Of a stretch of DNA of 64,000 nt, positions 1 through 13,741 are shown piece after piece. The notes beneath the pieces are model-generated. The model saw only the letters and a program-made list of their open reading frames with translations, was not told the DNA's origin and searched no databases. The DNA lies in assembly GCA_951406725.2 (NCBI GenBank), contig OX597830.1, forward strand, positions 65,844,001 to 65,908,000, in the 5' to 3' direction. The translations under genes and the position numbers were made by a program. Position 1 is the first letter of the stretch, and each line of letters opens with the position of its first letter. The stretch comes from Octopus vulgaris. Lineage: Eukaryota.

Positions 1-11
1 ATTTGTTGTTG

Positions 12-75
<64 letters not shown>

Positions 76-210
76 CATTATTATTATTATTATTATTATT
101 GTCATAGTTGTTGTTGCTTTGTTAAACTGTTCATGTAAAACAATTGTAAAAGAAAAAGACATGAGACAGCAATATATGAAATACCATAAATCAAAAAAAT
201 TAGCTTTATG

Positions 211-277
<67 letters not shown>

Positions 278-415
278 ATAATATTAGGGAATAAATCCAA
301 ACTTACAGGGAAAAATTAGATTTAGGATTAAATCCAATTTTATAGTATAAATATATGTATTGGCTTATGATTTTCACTGTTTGATTTGCCTAATAGTGGT
401 TTTATCTCTAATTTA

Positions 416-487
<72 letters not shown>

Positions 488-488
<1 letters not shown>

Positions 489-738
489 AGGCGGTACTGG
501 CAAATTCGAGCAAGGTCGTTGCCAGTACCGCCTGACTGGCCCCCGTGCCGGTGGCACGTAAAAGCATCCACTACACTCTCGGAGTGGTTGGCATTAGGAA
601 GGGCATCCAGCTGTAGAAACTCTGCCAGATCAAGACTGGAGCTTGGTGCAGCCATCTGGTTCGCCAGCCCACAGTCAAACTGTCCAACCCAAGCTAGCAT
701 GGAAAGCAGACGTTAAACGACGACGATGATGATGATGA
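488..738 (+). mobile_element. RTE-type LINE 3' UTR/tail fragment (family C)
   Basis: GTGCCGGTGGCACGTAAAAGCA...GGAAGGGCATCCAGCTGTAGAAAC...GCTAGCATGGAAAGCAGACGTTAAAC followed by a (GAT)n tail. The same sequence recurs many times in the window and adjoins RTE ORF ends at 8290-8332 and 35085-35525. Confidence 0.75.
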
Positions 739-1186
739 TATATACATATATTAGGTTGTCAAGAAAGTTCTTGCAGAATTTTAAATTTTGGTTTTAAATT
801 ATGCATTTTCAAATTAATTTTCATTAAATTACTTTGATTTTATATATCATTTTAAAGCCCATTTTTCGCTCTATCTCAAGGTGTTACTCTTTTTCTTTTT
901 GAATAATTAGGCCATTTGGTGGTCTGTGGCCAGTTTCATCCATCAAACAAAAATCCTCAATTTAATAATGCTATTTACAAACTTTATGCTTGGAATGACC
1001 AATTTTAAATACTGTTGGAACTTACACACAAGGTGCAGGAAACTTATAAGTATACTATTCTGCTAAAATAATAGAACTGCAGATGCAATATCCCTGCATA
1101 TCTCACGTCTATTTTCATTCCTTCACTTCATTCTCTCTTTCATACCTTATCTAGAATAATTATTGCTTAACCATTTTATCACACCA

Positions 1187-1232
1187 TCTCTGATGAAGGG
1201 ATATATAAAATATCCCGGAAACAGCTGTAAGA
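1187..1232 (+). ncRNA. Minimal type I hammerhead ribozyme (Penelope-like element type)
   Basis: TCT-CTGATGA-A-GGGATAT(ATAAA)ATATCCC-G-GAAA-C-AGCT-GTA-AGA. Canonical core, 7-bp stem II, palindromic stem III (ACAGCTGT), GUA cleavage triplet, 3-bp stem I. Confidence 0.75.
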
Positions 1233-1446
1233 CCTTCTCTTTATAAATGTTCTGAAATCTTTCACAGCCTTCGATTTTTATCTCACTCTGTTAATTTTTT
1301 ATATATATGCATGCTAATATATGACCTATGTTGGACTCCTCATTCGCATAATCACCAAACCTGGTGCTTAACTATAGTCTGTCAATAGCACTTACTCAGC
1401 ATTACCTGACATGTTTGAGTCTTCTTGACATCATTACCTCTCATAA

Positions 1447-1501
<55 letters not shown>

Positions 1502-1508
1502 ATATATG

Positions 1509-2394
1509 CAGGGTGCAATGGGTAGTGTCGCCATTTTATATTCTTAATTTCATGCATACGCATTGTTTGTTTTGATGTAGTTGACTACACAGTATAGTAG
1601 GGTCAGTTGGGCGCCATCAGTGAGAAAACAGCATCATGACACAATTCAATCTGCCAGAAATTTGGAAATTGCATGCTGCACTGCTCGGCATTTGTGCTAG
1701 AAGCTCCAATACAAAGATTTCAGAGTGTTTGGGTGTCAATATAAGGACAATGCAATCTGAGGACATATACCGAGAATGATAGAAATCAAACATCTAGTCA
1801 ACATCATGGTGTTTGGAGTGATCACTAGTGATGGTGGCTTTATGCCTCCATTCATCTCCCCACACGGCCTCAGACTCAACACAGAGGCCTACATCAAGTG
1901 CCTGGATGAAGTACTACTGGCCTGGGTCAAGAGGGTGGCTGTTGGAAGACCCTATGCCTGGCAACAGGACTCTGTACCATGCCACACATCCAGGAGATCC
2001 CAGTCATGGCAGTCAGACAATTAATTTCTGTGATCACATCACCCCTAACATCTGGCCACCTAACTCCCAGACTGCAACCCCCTTGATTAATGTGTAGGGC
2101 ACAGTTGAGCGAGAGACCAACAAAACTCCTTGTAACACCAAAGATGAACTGAAGGCAAGGATTATGGCAGCATTCACCAACTTAAACAAGGAGACCATCC
2201 AGAAGAGTTGCAGGAGATTCCGAGGTTGTCTGGAGGCGGTGGTTGAAGCCAATGGCGATATTATTTAATAAATTTACTCTTCAGTATACCAAGATATTTT
2301 TATATAATTTTAGTAAATATATCTGTTAAAATGAGATGTCAGTGTTATTTTCATTTTTACATAATTTAGACAACAGTATATTCACCGCACCCTA
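1509..2394 (+). mobile_element. Internally deleted Tc1/mariner-superfamily DD37D (maT) transposon with transposase pseudogene
   Basis: CAGGGTG...CACCCT(A) degenerate TIRs inside TA tracts. ATG at 1636. Frameshifted catalytic region VMVFGVITSDG...WQQDSVPCHTS...WPPNSPDCNPLD, with 37 residues between the last two D after frameshift repair. C-terminus reads LEAVVEANGD. Confidence 0.85.
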
Positions 2395-2408
2395 TATATA
2401 TATATATG

Positions 2409-2450
<42 letters not shown>

Positions 2451-2493
2451 TGAAAGAATGGAGTCGAACGACGATTTAACAAAATTCCTTTAT

Positions 2494-2574
2494 TCTCGAC
2501 ATATGTTTCGAAGACTGCATATTCTTAATTCCGAAGGAATAAAGGGTGCATTATGCTGCCTTCTCATCAGGAAA
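2494..2574 (-). ncRNA. Type I hammerhead ribozyme with extended stem II
   Basis: Minus strand: TTTC-CTGATGA-GAAGGCAGCATA...TATGCAGTCTTC-GAAA-C-ATAT-GTC-GAGA, running directly into AATAAA. Palindromic stem III ACATATGT. The host insert (about 2447-2705) has (TA)n on both sides. Confidence 0.8.
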
Positions 2575-3454
2575 GACAAGGAACTTATGTCAGCATCATG
2601 ATGAACATGTAGCTTCTACCGTGCTTCCTGACGTAAATTTGCTACCCGGGTATTGGTTAACCGAATTATCCATACTAGGATAATTCATTCAACTACTTAA
2701 ACATTATATATATATATATATATCTGTTTGTTCCACCCACATGCCCAGTCTCACTGCATCATTGATATCTGCTAGCCCCTGATCTGTGTGTTCCGGCCAC
2801 ACGTAACAAGAAAACTGTTCCCACACCCTAATCCAACAAACCAATTCTCCTCCTCATATTCCCTCTTTCATATACTATGCCTAACTCTCACTCCCCAATC
2901 TTGTCCCCACAGCCCTGTTCCTCTGCATGATTGCTATCCAGTAGCTCCCACTGACTCTGTATAGACCCAGGCTTTCAGCACTCACTCACCCCACCCATCC
3001 ACACTCTTTATTCATACTTCCTTCACAATATCCTGCCACTTATATTTTGGCATTCAAACTTCGAGGGTTTGCCCTGTCACTTGCCCCCATTTATATCTCT
3101 CTCTTCCTTTACTCAACCATCCTGTTTATATTCTGGTCCCTGACCCTTGTGAGTATGCCCAGCACTTCACTACCATCTCAATCCTGCTGTCTCCCACCCT
3201 TTCTCTCTTCGCCTGCACTTCCCTCAGGTTGGGTAATTATGTATTTCCTTTGCAGCAGTGCACCTGTTTCTGTCTTCATTCATGATCTCTCTCTCTCTCT
3301 CTGGCCAGGTAACCTTTTACCTCCTCTACAGTAAGACACCTGTTTCTATCATTATATCTCACTATAACCTTTCATCATCCAACTCAAGATCCCCTCCTCC
3401 AATGCCCCCTCACCTTTCATAAGAGTTTTTTTTTTTTGTCTTCATGACCCTGTC

Positions 3455-4840
<1,386 letters not shown>

Positions 4841-5437
4841 ATATATATGCTTTTCTGTGTAAACATACATTTTAAAGCTAAGATTAACATATTTCTCTTA
4901 TTACAAATATCTAAAAACATAGCTACACATATTATATACGCACGTAGGTCAATGTAGTTATTGCTACACTCAGCTATTGATGAATACAAGCATTTATTTA
5001 AAAACTTTAAAATTCAACAATTGTTAACAAAAAGAAAAGTACCTGTGTATATATATATATACACACCCAAAAGCCAAGACCCAGTTCTCCTTCGATATTT
5101 CAACTACAGCTTCATATAAACATTATGATCATTGTGGAATTATACATACATGTCTAATTATACATACATATGTATGTAAAACTATTATGCATATTCATAC
5201 ACATAAGGAGAAAGGCTATTTAAATATTTAAACACTAAGACCAGCTGTTAGTTTTCTAACCTACACCACTGAATTATCTGCTCTTGGTATACTAGCAGAC
5301 ACAATAGATTATTTTTACTTTTTTTTACTTTTTATAGAATTTTTTTTTTTTGGTGGGTTTTATTTTATAAATTTATATATTTATTTATTATTTTTATTGT
5401 TGGTTAATTGAGGTCTTTTTTTATTTTCGTGTTTCAG

Positions 5438-5470
5438 GTCGGAGCTAAAAGAGGAGGACAAACTTAGAAG
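5438..5470 (+). other. Candidate 33-nt coding microexon of an unidentified host gene
   Basis: T-rich tract TTTTTTTATTTTCGTGTTTCAG, then GTCGGAGCTAAAAGAGGAGGACAAACTTAGAAG, then GTAGAT. Length is a multiple of 3 and one frame is open (SELKEEDKLR). It lies in unique sequence. Confidence 0.35.
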
Positions 5471-5743
5471 GTAGATTAAATATATATATTCAATGGGAAA
5501 AAAAGTTTAATGACGTTGTTAGTCTCAACTGCGATAAAATATCATTCAAAGAACTGAATGGTTAATAGATTGTGTTAGTGTAGAACACTTTTGCTGTTGC
5601 TGTTGTTGTTGCTGCTGCTGCTGATGATGATGTTAATGTTTTGGTGAGATATGCCTATATTTTGTTTTTCTGTTAGTTTGGATTTATTTTAAAAGTTTGA
5701 AAGTAGAACAGAAACAAACTCACTAAAAACACCAAAAAAAAAA

Positions 5744-5790
<47 letters not shown>

Positions 5791-6007
5791 CATCTGCAAT
5801 AGGAAACAAGTGACTGAAAAACAAACGAAACAAAACGAAAAAAAAAACAAAAAAAAAAGAAAAATAGAAAACTGAAGGAAATTATAGAAAGTAAAAGAAT
5901 TCTGCATTAACTTTTGTCAAAATGATTGAACAATTGATTTGTGAAGAGGAAGAAACCAATAATTTGGAACCAGAAGAAAAAGCCAAGTAAGTAATGTTTT
6001 TATTTAA

Positions 6008-6228
6008 CCCTTTCGTTACCAACCCGGCTGAAACCACCTCTGGCTCTTTAGTACAAATGTCTTGTTTTCATAAGTTTTGAATTAAAATCTTCCTCCAAAT
6101 CTTAATCACAATTTATGTTCTTAAAACTAGCTCAATGATAACTAAGTTATTTTATTAAATTCTTTGTTACACTTAAAATAATTGGAAGAAACACAGAGCA
6201 TCTCAAAATAAATACAGTAATGACAGGG
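6008..6228 (+). mobile_element. piggyBac-like MITE (TTAA TSD)
   Basis: TTAA-CCCTTTCGTTACC...GTAATGACAGGG-TTAA. An inverted copy lies at 42502-42721 and a diverged relative at 46898-47117. Confidence 0.8.
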
Positions 6229-6342
6229 TTAATCCTTTCATGTTTTATCACAAACACACACATAAAAATATACATGCCTACATACTCTCACAAACTCACA
6301 CATACACACACAAGTTAGTAAATATATATATACATGTATATA

Positions 6343-6501
6343 GGTGCAGGAGTGGCTGTGTGGTAAGTAGCTTCTTACAGACCACATGGTTCCAGGTTCA
6401 GTCCCACTGTGTGGCACCTTGGGCAAGTGTCTTCTACTATAGCCTCGGGCTGACCAAAGCCTTGTGAGTGGATTTGGTAGACCGCAACTGAAATAAGCCC
6501 G

Positions 6502-6549
<48 letters not shown>

Positions 6550-6783
6550 ATTTGTGTGTGTGTGTATGTGCATTTGTGTGTCTGTGTTTGTCCCCCCATC
6601 ATCGCTTGACAGCCGATATTGATGTGTTCACATCCCTGTAACTTAGCAGTTTGGCAAAAATGTCTGATATAATAAGTAATAGGCTTACAAAGAATAAGTT
6701 CTGCGGTCAATTCGTTCGACTGAAGGCAGTGCTCCAGCATGGCCACAGTCAATTGACTGAAATTAGTAAAAGAATAAAAGAAT
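6343..6783 (+). mobile_element. tRNA-derived SINE, family A, with internal (TG)n
   Basis: Head with A/B-box-like TGGCTGTGTGG and GGTTCAGTCCC, then CCTTGGGCAAGTGTCTT, an internal microsatellite and a (AAAAGA(A/G)T)n tail. More than 12 copies or fragments in the window. Confidence 0.9.
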
Positions 6784-6790
6784 ATATATA

Positions 6791-7119
6791 TTTTGTTTTT
6801 GGATTTGGTTTGCAAGATTCTTTATGTGAGTTCGTGTGTTGAAGCATATTTTGTTGTGTCTGGGGAGAGTCATTCTCTTTCAGTGCCTCAGTATTTAACA
6901 CACTCACTGGTTAAGTTTCCACTCATTTACTTACTTACTTATTTTTCCTAAAATTTTCGTTGTGTCTTGCAACCTTTTTAATAGTCGTTAATTCTGTCCA
7001 TCATCCACAGCTTGGATAACGGACACAGTCAATGACTGTTGAAAAGGATGCAAGACGCAACGAAGATTTTAGAAAAATAATTAAGTAAATGAGTAGAAAC
7101 TTTACTGGTGAGTGTGTTA
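6791..7119 (-). mobile_element. Fold-back insert with two divergent hammerhead-like arms (Penelope-like pLTR remnant)
   Basis: Imperfect inverted arms at 6896-6986 and 7034-7119, with a unique tail at 6791-6895 and TA/CA flanks. Consensus of the arms is CTA-TTGAAAA-G-GTTGC(AAGAC)GCAAC-GAAAATTT-TAG. Confidence 0.6.
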
Positions 7120-7695
<576 letters not shown>

Positions 7696-7698
<3 letters not shown>

Positions 7699-8332
7699 TC
7701 ATCATCATCATCATCATTTAGCGTCCGTTTTCCATGCTAGCATGGGTTGGACGGTTCTACTGGGGTCTGTAAGCCAGAAGGCTTCATCAGGCCCAGTCAA
7801 ATCTGGCAGTGTTTCTACGGCTGGATGCCCTTCCTAACGCCAACCACTCCGTGAGTGTAGTGGGTGCTTTTTACGTGCCACCCGCACTGGTGCCAGACAG
7901 AGCTGGCAAACGGCCACGAACGGATGATGCTTTTTATGTGCCACCGGCACGAGGGCCAGGCGAGGCTGGCAATGGACACGAAACGGGGCGGTGCTGGCAA
8001 CGGTCGCGAAACGGAAAGTTCTCTTACATGCCACCGGCACTGGTAACACATCTGCAATTTCCATTGATCGATTTCGATTCTGATCCTCACTTGCCTCAAT
8101 GGGTCTTCACAAGCAGAGTTTCGACATGCCACCGGCACTGGTAGCACATCCGCAATTTCCATTGATCGATTTCGATTCTGATCCTCACTTGCCTCAACAC
8201 GTCTTCACAAGTAGAGTTTTGTGTCCCAAGAAAGGAAGGTATGCATACGTAGGCTGGCTCCATCCCATGTAGAAGGCCACGGGTTGTGGACTCACTTGTC
8301 CTGCCGGGTCTTCTCGCGCACAGCACACTTCC
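7696..8332 (-). mobile_element. 5'-truncated RTE LINE: last ORF codons plus family C 3' UTR
   Basis: Minus strand begins with WKCAVREKTRQDK*, compared with WRFAVLEKTHHVK* at about 35483-35525. It contains a ~97-bp tandem duplication (8029-8219) and the family C tail ending in (GAT)n. Confidence 0.75.
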
Positions 8333-8338
8333 ATGCAT

Positions 8339-8418
<80 letters not shown>

Positions 8419-9113
8419 TAGATAGATAGATATATATGCATATGTTTGTAGTATGTATTTATATCTTTATATATGTATGAATCTTGAGAGGGTCATTATG
8501 CCAATAATAAACACACATGCTGGTTCTATTTCACATCTTTATCAATAGCATCTCTTTAACCAATTAACTAATCGAATGTATGATTAATAATCATTTGGTT
8601 AATCAATCAATCAGCTACGTTTGTCAAAGTCCTTTTGTCACCATTCATGGCCCCTTCAATGACATGGCCCCTTCAATGTCATGACCTCTCTGCCCCAGGT
8701 CAGCTTCAGGTCAGTCTGTTTGTCTGTCTCTTAGTTTTAAGTTCTATATTTTTGTAATAGTATGGATGTAAGTGGGAATACATGAAAGGGGTTCTGTGAA
8801 GTCGTAGTGTTGCTACCAAAAATATTTCATCAAATGCATATATATCATCATCATCATCATCATCACCTTCATCAACATTTTATGAGCGTACTTTTTCTAT
8901 GCTTGCATGGGTTTGGTATGTCTTGTCCTGTAAATCATGTCTCCACTTGTTGCAGTCTTTTGTCATCTCCTTCATGAAGCCCAAACCTCCTGAAAGCATC
9001 CTTCCCCTCTCCTTCCCGTGTCATCCCTGGTCCTCATCTTCCACTTTGATCCTTTGGCCCTTTATTACCCAACTACCATCATCCTCCATGCATCACAAAG
9101 CAATAGTAGCTTA

Positions 9114-9690
9114 CAGTAAATCCTCGAGTATAATCCGCATTTTTTCCCCCAAAATTTAAAGGTCAAAATCCCTCGTGCGTATTATACACGAGGTTAAAAA
9201 TGAAAATTATTTTCTAAGCAATGTCCGAGTCTCTATTTGCTGTCCGGCAATGTTTATTCAGGCGCATTTTGTGATGTTGGGTGCGAAAATACCTTAAGCT
9301 AAGCCTGAAAGCAATGAAGTCATAAAAGAATCATCCGTAACTTGCAGTAAACAACATTTATTAAACATTATTACTGTTATTTCTTTATTTTCTGCAAACA
9401 AAATGCACAAAAATGCTACACATTCTGTAAAGAATGTTACCGTATACAGTTTTACAAACCAAGGATGTTATATTGACCTCCTTGACTCAAGTTAGAGAAG
9501 GGGTGTGTATTATACACAAGGTTTAGGTTTTTCAGAGGTACAGCCCCCTAAAAATCCCCTGCATTTTATACTCAAGGGCGAACTCTACTCAAAGATTTAC
9601 GGTAGTTTTTTTAGGTTTTTCAGAGGTACAGCCCCCTAAAAATCCCCTGCATATTATACTCAAGGGCGAACTCTACTCAAAGATTTACGG
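9114..9690 (+). mobile_element. Non-autonomous Tc2/pogo-like DNA transposon with duplicated right end
   Basis: TA-CAGTAAATCCTCGAGTATAA ... CTCTACTCAAAGATTTACGG-TA, with subterminal TATTATACAC/TC motifs. The terminal 88 bp is tandemly duplicated, so the element ends at both 9602 and 9690. Confidence 0.7.
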
Positions 9691-9767
9691 TAGTTTTTTT
9701 TTTTTTTTCATTATATCTAAGTCTTTTCTTCAGCCCCATCAATGCTCCATCAGCCATGCAAATTAAT

Positions 9768-9982
9768 ATTCCTTTGTGCTATAGGCACAAAGCCTGAAAC
9801 TATAGGGAAGTGGGGCTAGTCGATTACATTGACCCCAGTGTGAAACTGTTTCTTATTTTATTGACCCCACAAAAGGATGAAAGGCAAAGTCAACCTCAGC
9901 AGAATTTGAACTCAGAATGTAAAGAAGGACAAAATGCTTCTAAGCATTTTGTCGAGCATGCTAACAATTCTGCCAGCTTACC
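9768..9982 (-). mobile_element. Old family B SINE variant with a different 3' tail
   Basis: GGATGAAAGGCAAAGTCAACC...GAATTTGAACTCAGAA...CTGCCAGCTTACC match family B, but the tail (GGCACAAAGCCTGAAA) differs. Confidence 0.7.
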
Positions 9983-9989
9983 TCCTTAA

Positions 9990-10265
9990 AGTACACACTA
10001 ACATTGTGAAACTTGCTTGCCTCATTTCTATCTTTCATATATGCTTCATATTCAAGGACCATATTTTGTTACCAGCCAACATCGCACTTCATTTACAGAC
10101 ACTCTGTCCTTCACTTGAAGAGAAAATCCCTTTGCTACTTATCGAGGAAATAGATCCTTGATCTGTTCTCCAGTTCGTCTTTACTTTGGCTATTGTGCTT
10201 TCAGAACACTTTCCTCTACTACAAATTAGATCACCCAGAGAACAAAAGCTAGCTGTTCCAATGGA
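9990..10265 (-). pseudogene. Decayed RTE LINE reverse-transcriptase C-terminal fragment
   Basis: SFCSLGDLICSRGKCSESTIAKVKTNWR resembles the RTE motif SFCYLGDxIS.GGC..SI.ARI..GW. Confidence 0.65.
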
Positions 10266-11250
10266 GCCTTCCAAATATTGAAAAGAATTTATATCGCAAA
10301 TGCTCATATGACTTACTCCTGTATATCTATGTTACTGACAAAGTTATTCTTTGCCAGCCTCTGATCCCATAATTTACTTTGGCTCATGGAATTCTTATCT
10401 GTTTCCTACCTGAATATCAAGCATTGCTACCTCTGTCATGGCTATTGAGTCTTGTCTTATCTGCTAACAAAACTTTTCATCTTTACTTTTACATTAACAC
10501 CTTTCATTTAAAGTTTTGCTTCTACATTTTGCTTCTACAAGAGTCAATAATGCAAACTGAATCATAAACATACAAAAGTTCCCATGGACATATCCTCTGT
10601 TATGGCCCGGAGGACTATAAAACAAAAACAAGAAGAGGTTGAAAGTGAAGCTCTAATAGACAACTACTTGCATGATAAATTCCTTGCTATCTTTATGTAT
10701 GATTTGCATTAAGCTACATCTAATTTTCTTAGCGACTCCCAGACTACAGAGCACAGTTCACTGTTAAAGACCTTTTCTGGGTCAGCAAATGCTTAATGCA
10801 GTAGCCTGCACATTGCCAAGGACCTATCATGTAGTTGTTTCACAAGGAAGTACATTATTCTGGCACCAATTCCGACTACATCTCATCAAAGCTAATATTC
10901 TTCCTAATTAGTTACTAGTCATCATCATCATCATCATTATCATCATAATCACCATCATCATTATCATGATGATGATGATCATCATCATCATCATCGTCAA
11001 CATCATCGTCATCATTTAATGCCCATAGTCCATGATTGCTTGAGTTGGATGGTTTTACCAGCGCTGGCACTCTGAGGAGCTGCACCAAACTTCAGTCTGT
11101 CTTGGCTTGGTTTCTACGACTGGATGCCTTTCCTAATGCCAACCACTTTACAGGGTCTGCTGGCTATTTTTACGTGGCACTCTTTTTTGCTATAACTTTT
11201 GTAATTTGATCTACCAGTTTCATAGTAGGTCTGTTTTTTTTTTCCCTATA

Positions 11251-11413
11251 GGCACAGGAGTGGCTGTGTGGTAAGTAGCTTGCTTACCAGCCACATGGTT
11301 CTGGGTTCAGTCCCACTGTGTGGCACTTTGGGCAAGTGTCTCCTACTATAGCCTCGGGCTGACCAAAGCCCTGCGAGTGGATTTGGTAGATGGAAACTGA
11401 AAGAAACTCATCG

Positions 11414-11464
<51 letters not shown>

Positions 11465-11660
11465 TTGTGTGTCTGTGTTTGTCCCCCCAATATCGCTTGA
11501 CAACTGATGCTGGTGTGTTTATGTCCCCCGTAACTTAGCAGTTCGGCAAGAGAGACAGATACAATAAGTACTAGGCTTACAAAGAATAAGTCCTGGGGGT
11601 TGATTTGCGGTTTTCCAGCATGGCCACAGTCAAATGACTGAAACAAATATAGAAGAAAAA
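11251..11660 (+). mobile_element. Family A SINE
   Basis: Full head-body-tail match to 6343-6783. Confidence 0.9.
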
Positions 11661-12146
11661 AAACGAAAAGCCTCTCCTTTGTCAATCTCTTTGTGTGTGT
11701 GTGAGCATGTGTGTGTGTGTGTATCTGTGTATGTGTGCATTTATGTGCGTGTGTGTATGTGTGTGTCTGTGTGTGTGTGTGTGCACTTGTGTGTGTGTGT
11801 ATTTATGTGTGTGTATGTGTGTGTCTGTCTGTCTGTCTCTGTGTGTGTGTGTGCACTTGTGTGTGTGTGTGTGTGTGTGTGTGTTCATGTGTGTTCCAGT
11901 GTGGAATGAGGACACTTTATTGTGCCATTTGCACGAAAGAGAGTGTCCCTTGCAGGAGGACCTAGGAGCACTTCTTAATCCGTATCAGTTTCATTCAGAA
12001 TCACTGCCTTCCCGGGGGGGGGGGTCATCTGTGATGTGGCCTGCAGAGGCCATGTCTTACTCATACGTTACATTTTCTACATATCCTGGCACGGTCTCTG
12101 CAGCTGGAAGCCATTCATGTCACCAACCACTTTAAAGAGAGTAATT

Positions 12147-12246
12147 TGTCATCATCATCATCATCATGATTGTTGTCGTCATCATCGCTGTCATCATCAT
12201 CGTTGTCATCATCATTATCATCATCCTCATTATCATCATCATCATT

Positions 12247-12278
<32 letters not shown>

Positions 12279-12295
12279 TATCATCATCACCATTG

Positions 12296-12358
<63 letters not shown>

Positions 12359-12394
12359 TCATTATCGTCATCGTCATCATTATCGTCATCATCG

Positions 12395-12426
<32 letters not shown>

Positions 12427-12457
12427 GTCATCATCATTATCGTCATCATCACCATTG

Positions 12458-12489
<32 letters not shown>

Positions 12490-12767
12490 GTCATCATCAT
12501 TATCGTCATCATCACCATTGTCATCATCATCATCATCATCATTGTCATCATCATCGTCATTTTTGTCGTTGTCATTATTGTCATTGTTGCCATCATCATT
12601 GGTTGCGATGTTCATGACGATTATGATGATGGTGATGATGATGAGGAGGAGGAGGACACCAAATATGGAAGAGGAGGGGTGGCAGCGGCAGCAGTGGTGG
12701 TGGTAGTGGTGGTGGTGTAGTGGTGGCGGTTGTAGTGGTGGTGGTGGTGGTGGTGGTGGTGGTGGTG

Positions 12768-12810
<43 letters not shown>

Positions 12811-12883
12811 CTGCAGCAGTGGTGGTGGTAGTGGTGGTGGTGTAGTGGTGGTGGTTGTAGTGGTGGTGGTGGTGGTGGTGGTG

Positions 12884-12923
<40 letters not shown>

Positions 12924-12935
12924 CTGCAGCAGTGG
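12147..12935. repeat. (CAT)n, (GGT)n and (AGT)n trinucleotide tracts
   Basis: Directly visible; produce the spurious poly-H/D/M/I/S ORFs. Confidence 0.95.
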
Positions 12936-13282
12936 CCGTAGTCTTCTCTTATTCCCAGAGACCTAAACTTTGGATTAGTTTCAGAATCGAAGTAACCTGA
13001 TTAGTAAGCAGAAGAGAGGTGCAACTTTTTTGTTCGTGGAAATACTGAAACCATACTCAAACACAACTCAACATCAACAACATCAACAACATCAAGTCTT
13101 CAAGGATCTTATATTCATCATAATATCTGCAAGACAATGACCTTTTCTTGAAATACCATTCTTAGTCATGATATTCTAATCATCTCCACTCCTTTAAGAA
13201 TCATCATTTCTTAGGACCACCATTCTTATCTGCACCATTTCTAACATCAATATTCTTAACATCACCATCCTTAGCTATATAC

Positions 13283-13332
<50 letters not shown>

Positions 13333-13338
<6 letters not shown>

Positions 13339-13707
13339 CATAAATGAGGGCAAAGGAAAAAATTTCTAATGCCAAATATGCTGAAAAATTGGACATATTG
13401 TCCATTAACCATATAATTTTTTCTTAGTAGCTAACTCTGAAATTGGTCCGATATGGTAATGATGGAATTTTTTAGAAATTTCTGTCAGCCTTTTTTCGAG
13501 TATCGTACATATTGTGAAAAAATTATATGGTTAATGGACAATATGTCCAATTTTTTGGCATATTTGGCATTAGAAATTTTTTCCTTTGCCCTCATTTATG
13601 AATTATTTATTAATTTAACCGTTAAAGGTATTTTTTAATATGCTGGCCATTGATAAAAATTTTTTTCGAGAAAATATTTTTTTCGAAAAGAATTTTATCC
13701 TCACATT

Positions 13708-13710
<3 letters not shown>
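13333..13710. mobile_element. Fold-back insert in (TA)n with 91-bp inverted arms and a one-sided tail
   Basis: Arms at 13333-13423 and 13516-13606 (2 mismatches seen), a 92-bp spacer, a ~104-bp tail and (TA)n on both sides. Confidence 0.7.

Positions 13711-13741
<31 letters not shown>

Noticed and set aside
282-414. TA-flanked insert with weak terminal inverted similarity
   Set aside because: Only about 12 imperfect bp, which is insufficient to class it as a fold-back or MITE.
6343-6420. tRNA-like sequence at SINE heads
   Set aside because: A/B boxes are present but there is no full cloverleaf, and the head is always fused to a SINE body.
12036-12720. Poly-His/Asp/Met/Ile/Ser ORFs (also near 27 kb, 31.6 kb, 38.2 kb and 40 kb)
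   Set aside because: Trinucleotide microsatellites open in most frames, with no splice signals or unique coding context.
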